This document shows positions 49,963-59,914 of a stretch of DNA of 64,000 nucleotides, one piece after another. The position numbers and the translations under genes are program-made. Under the pieces are notes generated by a model. The model worked only from the letters and a program-made list of their open reading frames with translations, was not told where the DNA came from and ran no database searches. The stretch lies in contig CBDCTZ010000013.1 in assembly GCA_965222375.1 (NCBI GenBank), positions 192,001-256,000 on the forward strand, given 5' to 3'. The DNA is from Polyangiaceae bacterium. Its GTDB lineage: Bacteria; Myxococcota_A; Polyangia; Polyangiales; Polyangiaceae. Position 1 is the first letter of the stretch, and each line of letters opens with the position of its first letter.

Positions 49963-51457
49963 TCATCCAGTTGTTGTCGGGGGCGACGTCCCACTTGCTG
50001 GTGATCTTGCGGGGGCGGGTCCAGAAACGGAAGCCGTCCATGCCGGTGATGTTGCCATGACCGAACTTGGAGTGGTTCCAGCCACCGAAGCCAAAGGGCT
50101 CCCGGGGCACGGGCACGCCGATGTTCACGCCGACCATGCCGGCATCGACTCGAGCCGTGACGTACTCAGCAACGGCACCGCTGGTCGTGTAGACGCTCGA
50201 TGCGTTGCCATAGGGGTTGGCGTTTTCCAACGCGATGGCGTCGTCCACGTTTTCCACGTGAACGATGCTCAGCACGGGACCAAAAATCTCGTCCGTGGCG
50301 GCCTGCATCTCGGGTTTGACGTCGTCGATTACGGTGGGCGCAACCCACTGTCCGTCGCCATCGCCCTTCTTGCCACGACCATCGACCAAGATCTTCGCGC
50401 CTTGTTTCTCGGCGGCGTCGATGATGCCCGTGATCCGCCTGGCGCTCTTCTCGTTGATGATGGGACCCACATCTTTACCCGGCACGAGAGCCGCGGCCTT
50501 GGTCTTGACGGCGTCGATGATGTGGCTCACATCGCCCACGGCGACGAGCACGGCGGCAGCCATGCAACGCTGACCAGCGCAGCCTGTGAAGCTGGCAACG
50601 ACGTTGTCCGCGGTGATCTTGGGGTCGGCGTCGGGCACCACGATCAGGTGGTTTTTGGCACCGCCGAGGCAGAGCATGCTCTTGCCGGTCTGCGCGCCGC
50701 GACCGTAGAGCATCTTGGCAATGGGCGTCGAGCCGACGAAAGCGATGGCGTTGATCTCCGGATGGTCCGCAATGGCGTTCACCGCATCGGGCCCGCCATT
50801 GACGATGGAAAATACTCCTTTGGGCAAGCCTGCTTCGTCGAGCAACGCTGCGAGCTTGGCGGAACCATAGGGAACCTGCTCGCTGGGCTTGAGAATGAAC
50901 GCGTTCCCCCCGACGATGGCCTGGGGAATCATCCACAAGGGAACCATGATCGGGAAGTTGAAGGGCGTGATGCCCGCGACGACGCCGAGGGCTTCGTGCT
51001 TCTGCGAGCAGGTCACGCCCCGACTGACTTCCAGCTGGTCACCGGCGCCAATGTTCGGGATCGACGCGCCGAACTCGACGCACTCGATGCCCTTGAGCAC
51101 TTCCGCCCGAGCTTCGTCGATGATCTTGCCGTTCTCGTGACTCACGAGCCATGAGAGCTCTTCCAGATCCCGCTCCATCAGCTCCTTGAGCTTGAACATC
51201 ACTTGAGCGCGCACCTTGATCGGTGTGGCGCGCCACACCTGAGACGCCTTCTTGGCGGCCTGGACCGCTGCGTCGACATCCTCGGCGCCGCTCATCACCA
51301 CGTTGCCCATCACCTTGCCGTGGCGGGGATTGGTGATCTCCAGAGTCTTGCCGGTTTTGGGCGCGACCCACTCGCCACCTACCCAGTTCTTGACTGGAGC
51401 GCACTCGTGAAAGTCGTAGCTCGTGGCTTTGAAAGCCGGGAAGATCTTGCTGCTCAT
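49958..51457 (-). CDS. mmsA: CoA-acylating (methyl)malonate-semialdehyde dehydrogenase
   Basis: GITPFNFP, KPSE, FVGST, GGAKNH, AGQRCMA, EIFGPV, GVNIGVPVP. Confidence 0.95.
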   Translation of the reverse strand: MSSKIFPAFKATSYDFHECAPVKNWVGGEWVAPKTGKTLEITNPRHGKVMGNVVMSGAEDVDAAVQAAKKASQVWRATPIKVRAQVMFKLKELMERDLEELSWLVSHENGKIIDEARAEVLKGIECVEFGASIPNIGAGDQLEVSRGVTCSQKHEALGVVAGITPFNFPIMVPLWMIPQAIVGGNAFILKPSEQVPYGSAKLAALLDEAGLPKGVFSIVNGGPDAVNAIADHPEINAIAFVGSTPIAKMLYGRGAQTGKSMLCLGGAKNHLIVVPDADPKITADNVVASFTGCAGQRCMAAAVLVAVGDVSHIIDAVKTKAAALVPGKDVGPIINEKSARRITGIIDAAEKQGAKILVDGRGKKGDGDGQWVAPTVIDDVKPEMQAATDEIFGPVLSIVHVENVDDAIALENANPYGNASSVYTTSGAVAEYVTARVDAGMVGVNIGVPVPREPFGFGGWNHSKFGHGNITGMDGFRFWTRPRKITSKWDVAPDNNWMS

Positions 51458-51648
51458 TGGTAACTCCTGATATGGCGTTCGCGCTCGACGGCCTCCGACG
51501 CCCCGAACTTGTCGCGGGGATGCCTGCCGGGGGGCCAGTCACGTCCTTGCGCGAGCGGGCCCGCACCGCCGAGCGGGGGAGTTTGCCTGCTCGCAGCGGA
51601 ACGTCAAGGCCAGGCCCCTAGACGCCGCCTGGCCCATGAAAACCCAGG

Positions 51649-52266
51649 CTAAAGCCGCATGCCGGCGAAGGCGAAGAGACCAAAATGGTCGAAGTCGCTG
51701 CCGTCATCGTCGAGAGGCACGACGAAGCGCGCGTCGCCGCCGACGAAGAGGGATTGGCTGACTGAAGCCAATACCGACAGCCCGGGGGCGATGTACGCGC
51801 GACTCTCCGTGTCGCAGGTGTCGTTGACGCAACCTCGAGCCGTGCCCAGCCCGAAGCCGCCGTAGGGCCGGAGAATCACCGGGCCAGCGGCAAAATCGTA
51901 GCCGGCTTCCCCGCCGAAGTAATAGATGTTCACTGAAACATCCTGGCTGCGCCCCAGGAAGCTCGAAGAGCGGCTCTCACCCAAGTGGTACATGCCCGTC
52001 CCGCCGATGTAGAGCTGCTCGAGGTTCATCCCCAATCGGCCGCCGAAGCCGACGTTGACGCCGTCTTCGAAGCCATTGCCCGCGAGCACTGCCGCTGACC
52101 AACCGTCGAACTGTCGAGCGGTCGCACTCGACGCCTCCGGTGTGGTCGCCGCATCTGCGCTTGCGGGAGCCGGGGTTTCAGTCGCCTCTTGCGCAACCGC
52201 CGCGGAGGTCCCGAGAGATGCGGCGACGGCGAGGGAAAGGCCTGCAATAATGTGTAAGTGCTTCAT
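51649..52266 (-). CDS. Small outer-membrane beta-barrel protein
   Basis: Signal peptide, amphipathic strands, C-terminal FGLFAFAGMRL. Confidence 0.75.
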   Translation of the reverse strand: MKHLHIIAGLSLAVAASLGTSAAVAQEATETPAPASADAATTPEASSATARQFDGWSAAVLAGNGFEDGVNVGFGGRLGMNLEQLYIGGTGMYHLGESRSSSFLGRSQDVSVNIYYFGGEAGYDFAAGPVILRPYGGFGLGTARGCVNDTCDTESRAYIAPGLSVLASVSQSLFVGGDARFVVPLDDDGSDFDHFGLFAFAGMRL

Positions 52267-52568
52267 TTGTGTGAGCTCCGGAAAAAGCGCAGAGCCAACT
52301 CCCCGCGCTGCCCCTCACACAGCAACCGGCGTTCCAACCACAAAGCCCCGGGAATCCGGGCCCAGCCAGCGACAATGGCGGGCTGCCCCCTGCCACCCCG
52401 GCGGGCGCCTGCCGACACCTTCTTATCCCAACTTGTGAACCCAGCGGGCCGCTCTGTGCCGTTTCAGAGTTAACAGGAAGGGCGGGAAGGAAGAGGGTTT
52501 GGGTCTGTTCGGATCTGTCGCTCCTTAGTACGACGCGTTGATCTGAATTGTAGGCCAAGCGGGCTTGT

Positions 52569-53975
52569 CTAGTGGGTAGAGGCGCCGTGGCGCAAAGCGG
52601 CTAGTCCGCGTTCGGACTCTGTGCCGGGGACGATGTTGTCGAGCAGCGTCGCAATCAATGCGCCCACCGCCATGCTGGTCCCGCCCAGGGTATTGATGAT
52701 GTTCGCCAACCACTCTGGATTGAACTTCGCGGGGTGCTGAGCAAAGTACTCCGGCACCGAAAGCCCCATGAAGAAGGAAAACCCGATGATGAACAGATTC
52801 CGGGCACTGTTCAGATCCACATACTGCAGATTGGAAAGCCCCACTGAAGCGATCACTCCGAATAGCGTGCAATACATGCCTCCCACGATGGGCTCGGGAA
52901 TCGTCGTGAAAAGCGCACCGAATTTTGCGATGGCTCCAAAGCCGATCATCAGCAGCGCGCCCATTTGCACCACTCGGCGGCTGCCCACGCGAGTCAGGCC
53001 AATGGCGCCGATGTTCTCGCTGTAGCTGGTGGTGCCGTTGCCGGAGCCGAAGATGCCGGCCACCAGGCAGCCGAGGCCTTCGGTGCCGATGCCGCGGCTG
53101 ACGGATTTCTGTGTGGGAACCGGAGCACCGCTGAGGCGAGCTGCCGCGAAGTAGTCACCGATGGACTCGATCATACTGGCCATGTAGCCCGCAAACATTC
53201 CGACGAAGGCGGCCGCGCCAAACACGGGCCAGCCCCATTGAAAAGGATAGGGCACGCGGACCCAGGGCGCAGCGTAAACCTTGTCCAGGCTGCAATACGC
53301 AGGGTGGCCGGGTGGAAAGACGCCGGCGGCGGTGAGGATGGCGGCCGTGGCCCAGGCACCCCCCATGCCTAGGAGCACGGGGTACAGCGCGAAGGCGCGA
53401 CCCTTGTGACGCAGGATTTGCGAAAAGAGAATGATCAGGCCGATGGTCAGCCCGCCGATCCCCCAGTGCTTGCCTGCGACGGGCGCACCGAACTTGAACA
53501 GCGCAAGACCGATCAGGGCGATTGTCGGCGCGATCGTGATAGGCCCAATGAAACGCAGCAGCTTGCCGATGATCCCGAAGTAGCCAATGGCCATCTCGAC
53601 CACGGCGCCAGCGATGATGGCGCCCTGTACGTGGGTCATGCGCACTTGCCAGCCGACGTTGGCCAATGCCGCCATGCTGCAAATCGCGATCGTGGGTGCC
53701 AAAAGAGAAAACGTGCCGCCCTGTACGATGGGCAACCGATTACCAATCGTGGTTTGCAGCAGGGTCGTGATGCCGCTCACGAAAAACATGGTGCCGATCA
53801 GCCAGCCAATGGCGACGGGATCGTTCTCCATGCCCAGCGGCTTGCTCAGGATGAGCGGAATCGCCACCGTGGAACCGAACATGGTCAGGTAGTGCTGTAG
53901 TCCAAGCGCGAGCGACTGCCCCACGGGCGGGACGTCGTCGATGCCGTACAGCAGATCGTGTTTCGGTTTGGCCAA
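52569..53975 (-). CDS. NCS2 nucleobase (uracil/xanthine) permease
   Basis: LGLQHYLTMF, ESIGDY, TTSYSENIGAIGLTRVGSRRV NAT motif; TTG start at 53975. Confidence 0.93.
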   Translation of the reverse strand: MAKPKHDLLYGIDDVPPVGQSLALGLQHYLTMFGSTVAIPLILSKPLGMENDPVAIGWLIGTMFFVSGITTLLQTTIGNRLPIVQGGTFSLLAPTIAICSMAALANVGWQVRMTHVQGAIIAGAVVEMAIGYFGIIGKLLRFIGPITIAPTIALIGLALFKFGAPVAGKHWGIGGLTIGLIILFSQILRHKGRAFALYPVLLGMGGAWATAAILTAAGVFPPGHPAYCSLDKVYAAPWVRVPYPFQWGWPVFGAAAFVGMFAGYMASMIESIGDYFAAARLSGAPVPTQKSVSRGIGTEGLGCLVAGIFGSGNGTTSYSENIGAIGLTRVGSRRVVQMGALLMIGFGAIAKFGALFTTIPEPIVGGMYCTLFGVIASVGLSNLQYVDLNSARNLFIIGFSFFMGLSVPEYFAQHPAKFNPEWLANIINTLGGTSMAVGALIATLLDNIVPGTESERGLAALRHGASTH

Positions 53976-54070
53976 CAGCTTCTTCCAGAGCCCAATCAAT
54001 CCCGCCAGCGGACGGCCTCGGCGAATATTATCACTATTAACATTCGCCGGACCGTGCCGGGACGGCGAGA

Positions 54071-54937
54071 CTACGGCCGGACGAGTTCGTCGTAGGCGTC
54101 GGGACGGCGATCTCGGTAGAACTGCCAGGTCTGACGCACTTCGTCGATCATGTTCAGATCCACTTCTGCGATCAGCAGCTCGTCCTTGTCCTCGCTGGCC
54201 TCGGCGATGAATTCGCCGCGAGGGTTCACGAAGTAGCTGGTGCCATAGAACTTGCCGATGTTCCAGGGGCCCTCCGTGCCGACACGGTTGCTGGCGGCGA
54301 CGTAGTATCCGTTGGCAACGGCGTGAGCGGGCTGCTCGATCTTCCACAGATACTGGCTCAGTCCAGCAACCGTCGCACTCGGGTTGAACACGATTTCTGC
54401 CCCGTTCAAGCCCAGGCAGCGCGCACCCTCGGGGAAGTGGCGGTCGTAGCAGATGTATACGCCCACTTTGGCGTACTTGGTCTCGAATACCGGGTAGCCG
54501 CCATTGCCGGGCTTGAAAAAGTACTTCTCCCAGAAGCCCGCGACCTGGGGGATGTGCTGCTTGCGATACTTCCCGAGATACGTCCCATCCGCATCGATCA
54601 CGGCGGCTGAGTTGTAGAAGACGCCCCGAATCTCCTCTTCGTACAGCGGCACGACCATGACCATGTTGTACTTTTTGGCGTAGGTCTGCATCAGCTCCGT
54701 GGTGGGGCCGGGGATCTTCTCCGCAGCTGCGTACCAGCGCTTGTCCTGGCTCGGGCAAAAGTAGGGACCGTTGAAGATCTCTTGCAGACCCAAGATCTGA
54801 ACGCCCTTCTTGCCGGCTTCTTCGATGTAGGCGATGTGCTTGTCGAGCATCGCTTTTTGGATTTTTTCGACCGGGACACTCTCGTCGTTGATGGGATTGC
54901 CACACTGAATCAGCGCGCAGCGAACGATCTGGCTCAT
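54071..54937 (-). CDS. Nitrilase-family beta-ureidopropionase
   Basis: LQEIF, YRKQHIP, ICYDRHFPE (E-K-C triad), NRVG; upstream of the permease. Confidence 0.9.
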   Translation of the reverse strand: MSQIVRCALIQCGNPINDESVPVEKIQKAMLDKHIAYIEEAGKKGVQILGLQEIFNGPYFCPSQDKRWYAAAEKIPGPTTELMQTYAKKYNMVMVVPLYEEEIRGVFYNSAAVIDADGTYLGKYRKQHIPQVAGFWEKYFFKPGNGGYPVFETKYAKVGVYICYDRHFPEGARCLGLNGAEIVFNPSATVAGLSQYLWKIEQPAHAVANGYYVAASNRVGTEGPWNIGKFYGTSYFVNPRGEFIAEASEDKDELLIAEVDLNMIDEVRQTWQFYRDRRPDAYDELVRP

Positions 54938-55083
54938 GCTTTTCCTCCTCTAGACCCGATGCTGTGGGCCGAGCACACGAAGGGCGGAGGATATGGGCCC
55001 TTGGAAAATAGCGAAAGGCCTGAACGTGAGGTCAGCGCCAAAGCAGCGCTCGGAGCCCGACCACGGCGTTCGACAGTGTGCGC

Positions 55084-57489
55084 CTAGGGAAAGAACACGA
55101 CGAAGGCGTCGAAACTGGACGGTGGCACCGGCAAAGCCCCGGTACCGAAGTCGATGGTGACAGTGCTGGCGTACCCGCCACCAATGAAGAGAGATTGGCC
55201 AAGGTAGGCAGCGGACAGACCCTGCTCTTTGCCCAGCCCACCCTGGCTGTCGCCACCCTGATACACGCCTGTCTTGCTGAAACGCGCGTAGAAGAAGTCC
55301 TCCCCACCCTTCCAAGCCAGCGGGCCTCCGCCAAAATTGTGCGCCTCCCGAATCGAACCCGTAATGACGAATTCGCCGTTCGGGGCGACGTCGAATCCCC
55401 CTAGCTCCTCGTTCGCGTTGGCACCGAAGCTCATGGCATCCAGCGTGGTCAGGTCGGTGGTGGAAAAGCGCGCTACGAAGATATCCCGCCCGCCCTTGGC
55501 GGTAATGACATTGGTGGCGCCGAAGCTCACCTGACCCTCGAACAGGCCAGCGACCCAGAGTTCCCCGCCGCTGACGACGGCCCGCACCGGACTGTCGGGC
55601 CCTGGTCCACCAATGGTTCGGCTGTCGACCACCTTGCCGGTGCTGTCCATCTTCGCGATGAAGATGTCCTTTTGCGCGCTCGCCTTCTTCAGTAGCACGG
55701 GTGTGCCGGTCCCGATGCTGACGTCAGCCCCGAATCTGCCAACGGCATAGGTATGCGTCGCATCGGACGCGAAGCTCATGACTTCCCCGAGGCCGTTGGT
55801 AGGACTGTTGATGTGACTCGCCCAGGCAAGATCGCCGGTAACGCGCGAATACTTTGCGATGAACCCGTGGGTGTAGGGCGAACTAAGCTGGGTCTGATCC
55901 AGGTCGATCGTGCCGAAAAACGTGCCACTGACGTGCACGTCGCCCTGGGCATCCGCGTGCACGGTCTCCACCTGCACACTACCACTCGTGCCCAGAATGC
56001 CCACACACGCCGACCAGACGTCGTCGCCCGTCGCCGAATCCAACTTGGCGAGCTGCCCGACCCAGCTGCCTACCTTGGCCGTGCAGCTTGGTTTCGCACC
56101 CGGCAGCGCCATCGAGAACTGCTGTCGGGACCAAACCCAGACGTCGCCGCCAGACCCCACCGCCACGTCCCCGAAGACCATATAGCTAGAGCCGATGACT
56201 CTGGACCACGCGTGAGCACCCGAGGCCTTGTATTTTGCAACATAGACAGCATTGCCTGATGAGAGCAGCGCTCCACCACCGAGATCGATGCCCGGCGCAC
56301 CCTTGCTGAAGTCCCCCGCAATCACGACGTGCCCCGGCGACGACGCCGCAACCTTCACGGTGTCCGAACCCGAACCGTCAATCACACGCGTCCACAGGGT
56401 GGGTCCGGCTTTCACGCATTTCTTCGCGACGCAATTGGCACTGCTGCAATCCGAGTTCTTCTCACAGCCCTTGCCGGTCTCGCAGGGCTTGCATTCCGTA
56501 CCACCGCAGTCCACGTCGGTTTCGTTGGTATCCTTGGTGCCGTTGGAGCAACCCGGTGCGTTGCAGCTGCCACCCACGCAGGAACCGGTCGTGCAGTCGT
56601 TGCTGGTCCAGCAGCCCTTGGTGGGCGGGCATTTGGGGCAGCCGCCACCGCAATCGATATCCGATTCCGTGCCATTTTGCAGACCATCACCGCAGGTCGG
56701 CGCGGCGCATTTGAGGCCCTGACAAACGTTGCTGGCGCAGTCCAACGGCTTTGTGCACGGGTCGCCATCGCAGGCGCCGCAACCGCCCCCGCAGTCTAAG
56801 CCGGTCTCGCCTGGGTCTTGTTTTCCGTTGACGCAACTCGGGATCGCCACGCCGCCATCGCTCTGACCCGGCAAGACGCACGAACCATTGCTGTCGCAGA
56901 GCAGTCCCGTTGGGCAATCGCGGTCTCCTTTGCACTCGACCAGGCAGGCGCCCGCCTTGCACACGAGCGGCGGGACGCAATCGGTGTTGTAGGTGCAGCC
57001 CGTTCCCACGCTGGCATCGGGCCCGGGGCCGTTCGGCGGCACGAGCTTGCCGTCCTCGATGTGCTTGTCATCGGCGCAGCTTCCCTGGACACACTTCTGC
57101 AGGGGGACGCAGTCCTTCTCGGTGCGGCACTCGGTCCGGCAGCGGTGGTCCAAAGCGCACTTGAGATGGTCTGCAGGGCAATCCGTGTTGTAGACGCACT
57201 TGACTTCATCGGGAGAAATCAAACACACCTTGATCGGACGCTCTTCCGTGGGCGTGCAGATCTCATCGCCCTCGCAGTCGCGGTCGTCGTTACACTTCGT
57301 GTGACACTTCTTGAACGCACACACCAATGGGGCTTTGCAGTCCGAATCGATCAGGCAACCCTCAGCCAGCTTCGCCAGCTTGGCTCGCTCGTCCGCGCTG
57401 TCGCTACCACAGGAGATGAATAGCGCCGTCGAGACTCCGAATAGAAGCAAGGCGCACTTGCGCAGCCCACGAAAAAAAAAGCCCACCAT
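55084..57489 (-). CDS. Large lipoprotein: Cys-rich repeats plus C-terminal beta-propeller
   Basis: Lipobox FISC, C-x4-DC repeats, ETDVDCGG repeats, DIFIAK/DIFVAR/DFFYAR blades. Confidence 0.85.
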   Translation of the reverse strand: MVGFFFRGLRKCALLLFGVSTALFISCGSDSADERAKLAKLAEGCLIDSDCKAPLVCAFKKCHTKCNDDRDCEGDEICTPTEERPIKVCLISPDEVKCVYNTDCPADHLKCALDHRCRTECRTEKDCVPLQKCVQGSCADDKHIEDGKLVPPNGPGPDASVGTGCTYNTDCVPPLVCKAGACLVECKGDRDCPTGLLCDSNGSCVLPGQSDGGVAIPSCVNGKQDPGETGLDCGGGCGACDGDPCTKPLDCASNVCQGLKCAAPTCGDGLQNGTESDIDCGGGCPKCPPTKGCWTSNDCTTGSCVGGSCNAPGCSNGTKDTNETDVDCGGTECKPCETGKGCEKNSDCSSANCVAKKCVKAGPTLWTRVIDGSGSDTVKVAASSPGHVVIAGDFSKGAPGIDLGGGALLSSGNAVYVAKYKASGAHAWSRVIGSSYMVFGDVAVGSGGDVWVWSRQQFSMALPGAKPSCTAKVGSWVGQLAKLDSATGDDVWSACVGILGTSGSVQVETVHADAQGDVHVSGTFFGTIDLDQTQLSSPYTHGFIAKYSRVTGDLAWASHINSPTNGLGEVMSFASDATHTYAVGRFGADVSIGTGTPVLLKKASAQKDIFIAKMDSTGKVVDSRTIGGPGPDSPVRAVVSGGELWVAGLFEGQVSFGATNVITAKGGRDIFVARFSTTDLTTLDAMSFGANANEELGGFDVAPNGEFVITGSIREAHNFGGGPLAWKGGEDFFYARFSKTGVYQGGDSQGGLGKEQGLSAAYLGQSLFIGGGYASTVTIDFGTGALPVPPSSFDAFVVFFP

Positions 57490-57493
57490 GGGC
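57472..57493 (-). terminator. Intrinsic terminator-like hairpin overlapping the lipoprotein start codon
   Basis: GCCCA-TGG-TGGGC followed by T9 on the minus strand, about 45 nt after the M20 gene stop. Confidence 0.5.
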
Positions 57494-57535
57494 GGAAGTC
57501 TAGACCAGGACCGCGCCCGCCGCACGCGGCTCGGG

Positions 57536-58804
57536 TCAGTCCCGCACGGTCGCCAGGCGCATGATTGTCAGGGCCAGCACCTTGGTGGCCTGCACGAGGT
57601 CCTCCACTCCGCAGTACTCATCCACCTGGTGGGCCAAATCCAGAATGCCTGGCCCATAGGCCACGCAATGCTCGACGCCCGCGACTCGCGCGACGTGTTT
57701 GTGGTCGTAGGTGCCGGGGCTGGCAATCAGCGCGGGCGCGCGTCCGACGACCGCGCGAATGTCCTGAGTCAATGCTTCGACGAGGGGCGAGCCTTTTGGC
57801 GCCAGCACGGGATGCACCACCATCAAGTCTTCCAGGTCGTAGCGCCGGCGCTCGTCTTCCTTCGACAGCCGCGTGAGTAGCTCTTCGATCTCGCCCTTCA
57901 CCTGCTCGAACTTTTCCTCGTGCAAGAAGCGGCGATCGAAGATCGCATCCGCGGATTCGGCGACGCAGGCGGTTTGAGGGAATTGGCCCGCTTGACCACC
58001 GAGAATGGAATTGATGTTGAGCGTGGCCTGCCGCGCACCTTCCGGAACGACCGGCATCGCCGTCACGCGCTCTGCCAAACGCGGTGAGAGCTCGGTGCGC
58101 ACGCGCTCGATGAACGTGGCCAAGTGCTCGATGGCATTCACGCCCAAAAAGGGCATGCTGCCGTGAGCGATGCTGCCCTCAGAACGCACCCGAAACCAGT
58201 ACACGCCGCGATGCCCCACGCAGATCCGGTCGACATTAAGAGGCTCGGGAATGATCACATAGTCGGTGCGCTCGGCCCCCAGGTAGCCCTTCTTGCAAAG
58301 CCACTCGACTCCGGCGAAGCCACCGCTCTCTTCGTCCACAGTGCCGCTGATTTCGACGGAGCCCGCGAGCTGCACCCCAGCTTGCCGAATCGCTTCGACG
58401 GCAATGACGGCTGCGGCGATGCCTGCTTTCATGTCGCAGGAGCCGCGCCCAAAAATCTTACCTTCGGAGACGATGCCGGCGAAGGGATCAACGCTCCAGC
58501 CGGTGCCGGTTGGCACCACATCGATGTGCCCATTCAGGTGGACGCAGGGGCGCCCGCCGTCGAGGCGGCCCAAGACGTTCACCCTTGGGTAGCGCGCGCT
58601 ATGATCAGGATGGTCTTCTGCAACCAAGTATTGGACGGACATGCCCGCAGACTTCAGGCGGTTGCCGAGCAACTCGGCGCACTCCCGGTAGTTTTCTCCG
58701 GGTGGATTGACGGTAGGAATTCGGATCAGCTCGCAGCACAGCTCCACCACCTCTTCGGCAGCCCGATCCACCTCGGAGAGCACTCGCTCACGTGCGTCCA
58801 CCAC
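57536..58804 (-). CDS. M20 ArgE/DapE-family metallohydrolase
   Basis: NGHIDVVP, GRGSCDMKAG, DEESGG, IPEP, AHQVDE. Confidence 0.92.
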   Translation of the reverse strand: MVDARERVLSEVDRAAEEVVELCCELIRIPTVNPPGENYRECAELLGNRLKSAGMSVQYLVAEDHPDHSARYPRVNVLGRLDGGRPCVHLNGHIDVVPTGTGWSVDPFAGIVSEGKIFGRGSCDMKAGIAAAVIAVEAIRQAGVQLAGSVEISGTVDEESGGFAGVEWLCKKGYLGAERTDYVIIPEPLNVDRICVGHRGVYWFRVRSEGSIAHGSMPFLGVNAIEHLATFIERVRTELSPRLAERVTAMPVVPEGARQATLNINSILGGQAGQFPQTACVAESADAIFDRRFLHEEKFEQVKGEIEELLTRLSKEDERRRYDLEDLMVVHPVLAPKGSPLVEALTQDIRAVVGRAPALIASPGTYDHKHVARVAGVEHCVAYGPGILDLAHQVDEYCGVEDLVQATKVLALTIMRLATVRD

Positions 58805-59011
58805 GAAACTATATCGCGCCTACGGAGACGAGTTGTCGTGGACTCGCGGCACGGCTAGCTTGGCCACGGGTCAGGCCGTTCCAAGAGCGCGATCACCCAT
58901 CGAGCGCCGCGCCTTGTCAGAGCCCGCGGCACACTGTGCCAACCCCTTGGCGCATTCTGCCTTGTTTTGGACGAAATCGACATGGGCACGAAGCTTGCGT
59001 ATCCCCCGCTC

Positions 59012-59815
59012 ATGAAAGCTCGGAAGATTGGCGTCGCCGCCATCGCCCTCGCGCCCTTGGTTTTCGCCGCCTGCGGCAGCTCGACGTCAGACGACCCGGG
59101 ATCCGGGGGCACCGGGGGCCAGTCAGGAGCCAGCGGTAGCGGGGGCGGCGCAGGCACCGACGCCGGCAGCGGCTGCCCCGCGAACTTCACCGCCGCCGAG
59201 GGCAAAGCCTGCGTCGAACAAGGCAAGTCCTGCAGCAGCCCTGGCTGCTCCGACCCGTGTCAACACTGCAACGTTCTGCGGTGCGAAAGCGGCAAGTGGG
59301 TGCGCATGGAGTCGTTCCCCAATCCGAACTGCGGCGACTCGGGCAAGAGCGATGCTTCGGACAGTGGCTCCAGCGATTCCGGGAGCTCTGACGCCTCCGA
59401 CGGCAGTGCGAGCGACGCGGGCTTGGATGCCTCGGATGGGGGCTCCAAAGACTGCGGCGGCAAGAAGGGTCTGACCTGCGCCAAGGACGAGTACTGCGAC
59501 TTCGCGAATAACTGCGGCGCCGGCGACGCCCTCGGCACGTGCAAGAAGCGCCCTCAAGGCTGCACCGCGGATTGCCCCGGAGTCTGCGGCTGCGACGGCA
59601 AGTTCTACTGCAATGCCTGTGGTGCCGCCGCAGTGGGCGTTGATGTCACAGGAGACGACAGCTGCAAGAAGGATGGCGGCGGGCTCGGGACGACCTGCAA
59701 GCTGCACACGGAGTGCAACACCGGATTGAAGTGCTGCTACCCCTGCGGCCAACCCGGCTGCCAGAACCAGTGCATGCAGCCCATGCCCAATGGGCAATGT
59801 CCCGCATTCCCTTGA
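59012..59815 (+). CDS. Cys-rich lipoprotein with Kazal-like module
   Basis: Lipobox FAAC; CTADCPGVCGCDGKFYCNAC. Confidence 0.8.
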   Translation: MKARKIGVAAIALAPLVFAACGSSTSDDPGSGGTGGQSGASGSGGGAGTDAGSGCPANFTAAEGKACVEQGKSCSSPGCSDPCQHCNVLRCESGKWVRMESFPNPNCGDSGKSDASDSGSSDSGSSDASDGSASDAGLDASDGGSKDCGGKKGLTCAKDEYCDFANNCGAGDALGTCKKRPQGCTADCPGVCGCDGKFYCNACGAAAVGVDVTGDDSCKKDGGGLGTTCKLHTECNTGLKCCYPCGQPGCQNQCMQPMPNGQCPAFP

Positions 59816-59914
59816 GCGTCGGCTGAGTGGCGACCTGGGCTAACTGAGCGCCAGCTAGGGCCCAGGGCGAGAGGCGCGGCCCTACCTGCACCAGTGCTCG
59901 ACCCCAAAAACCCA

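Noticed and set aside
53976..54905. N-terminal 310 aa of the 778-aa permease ORF
   Set aside because: Out-of-frame overlap with the ureidopropionase gene; permease homology starts near 53975
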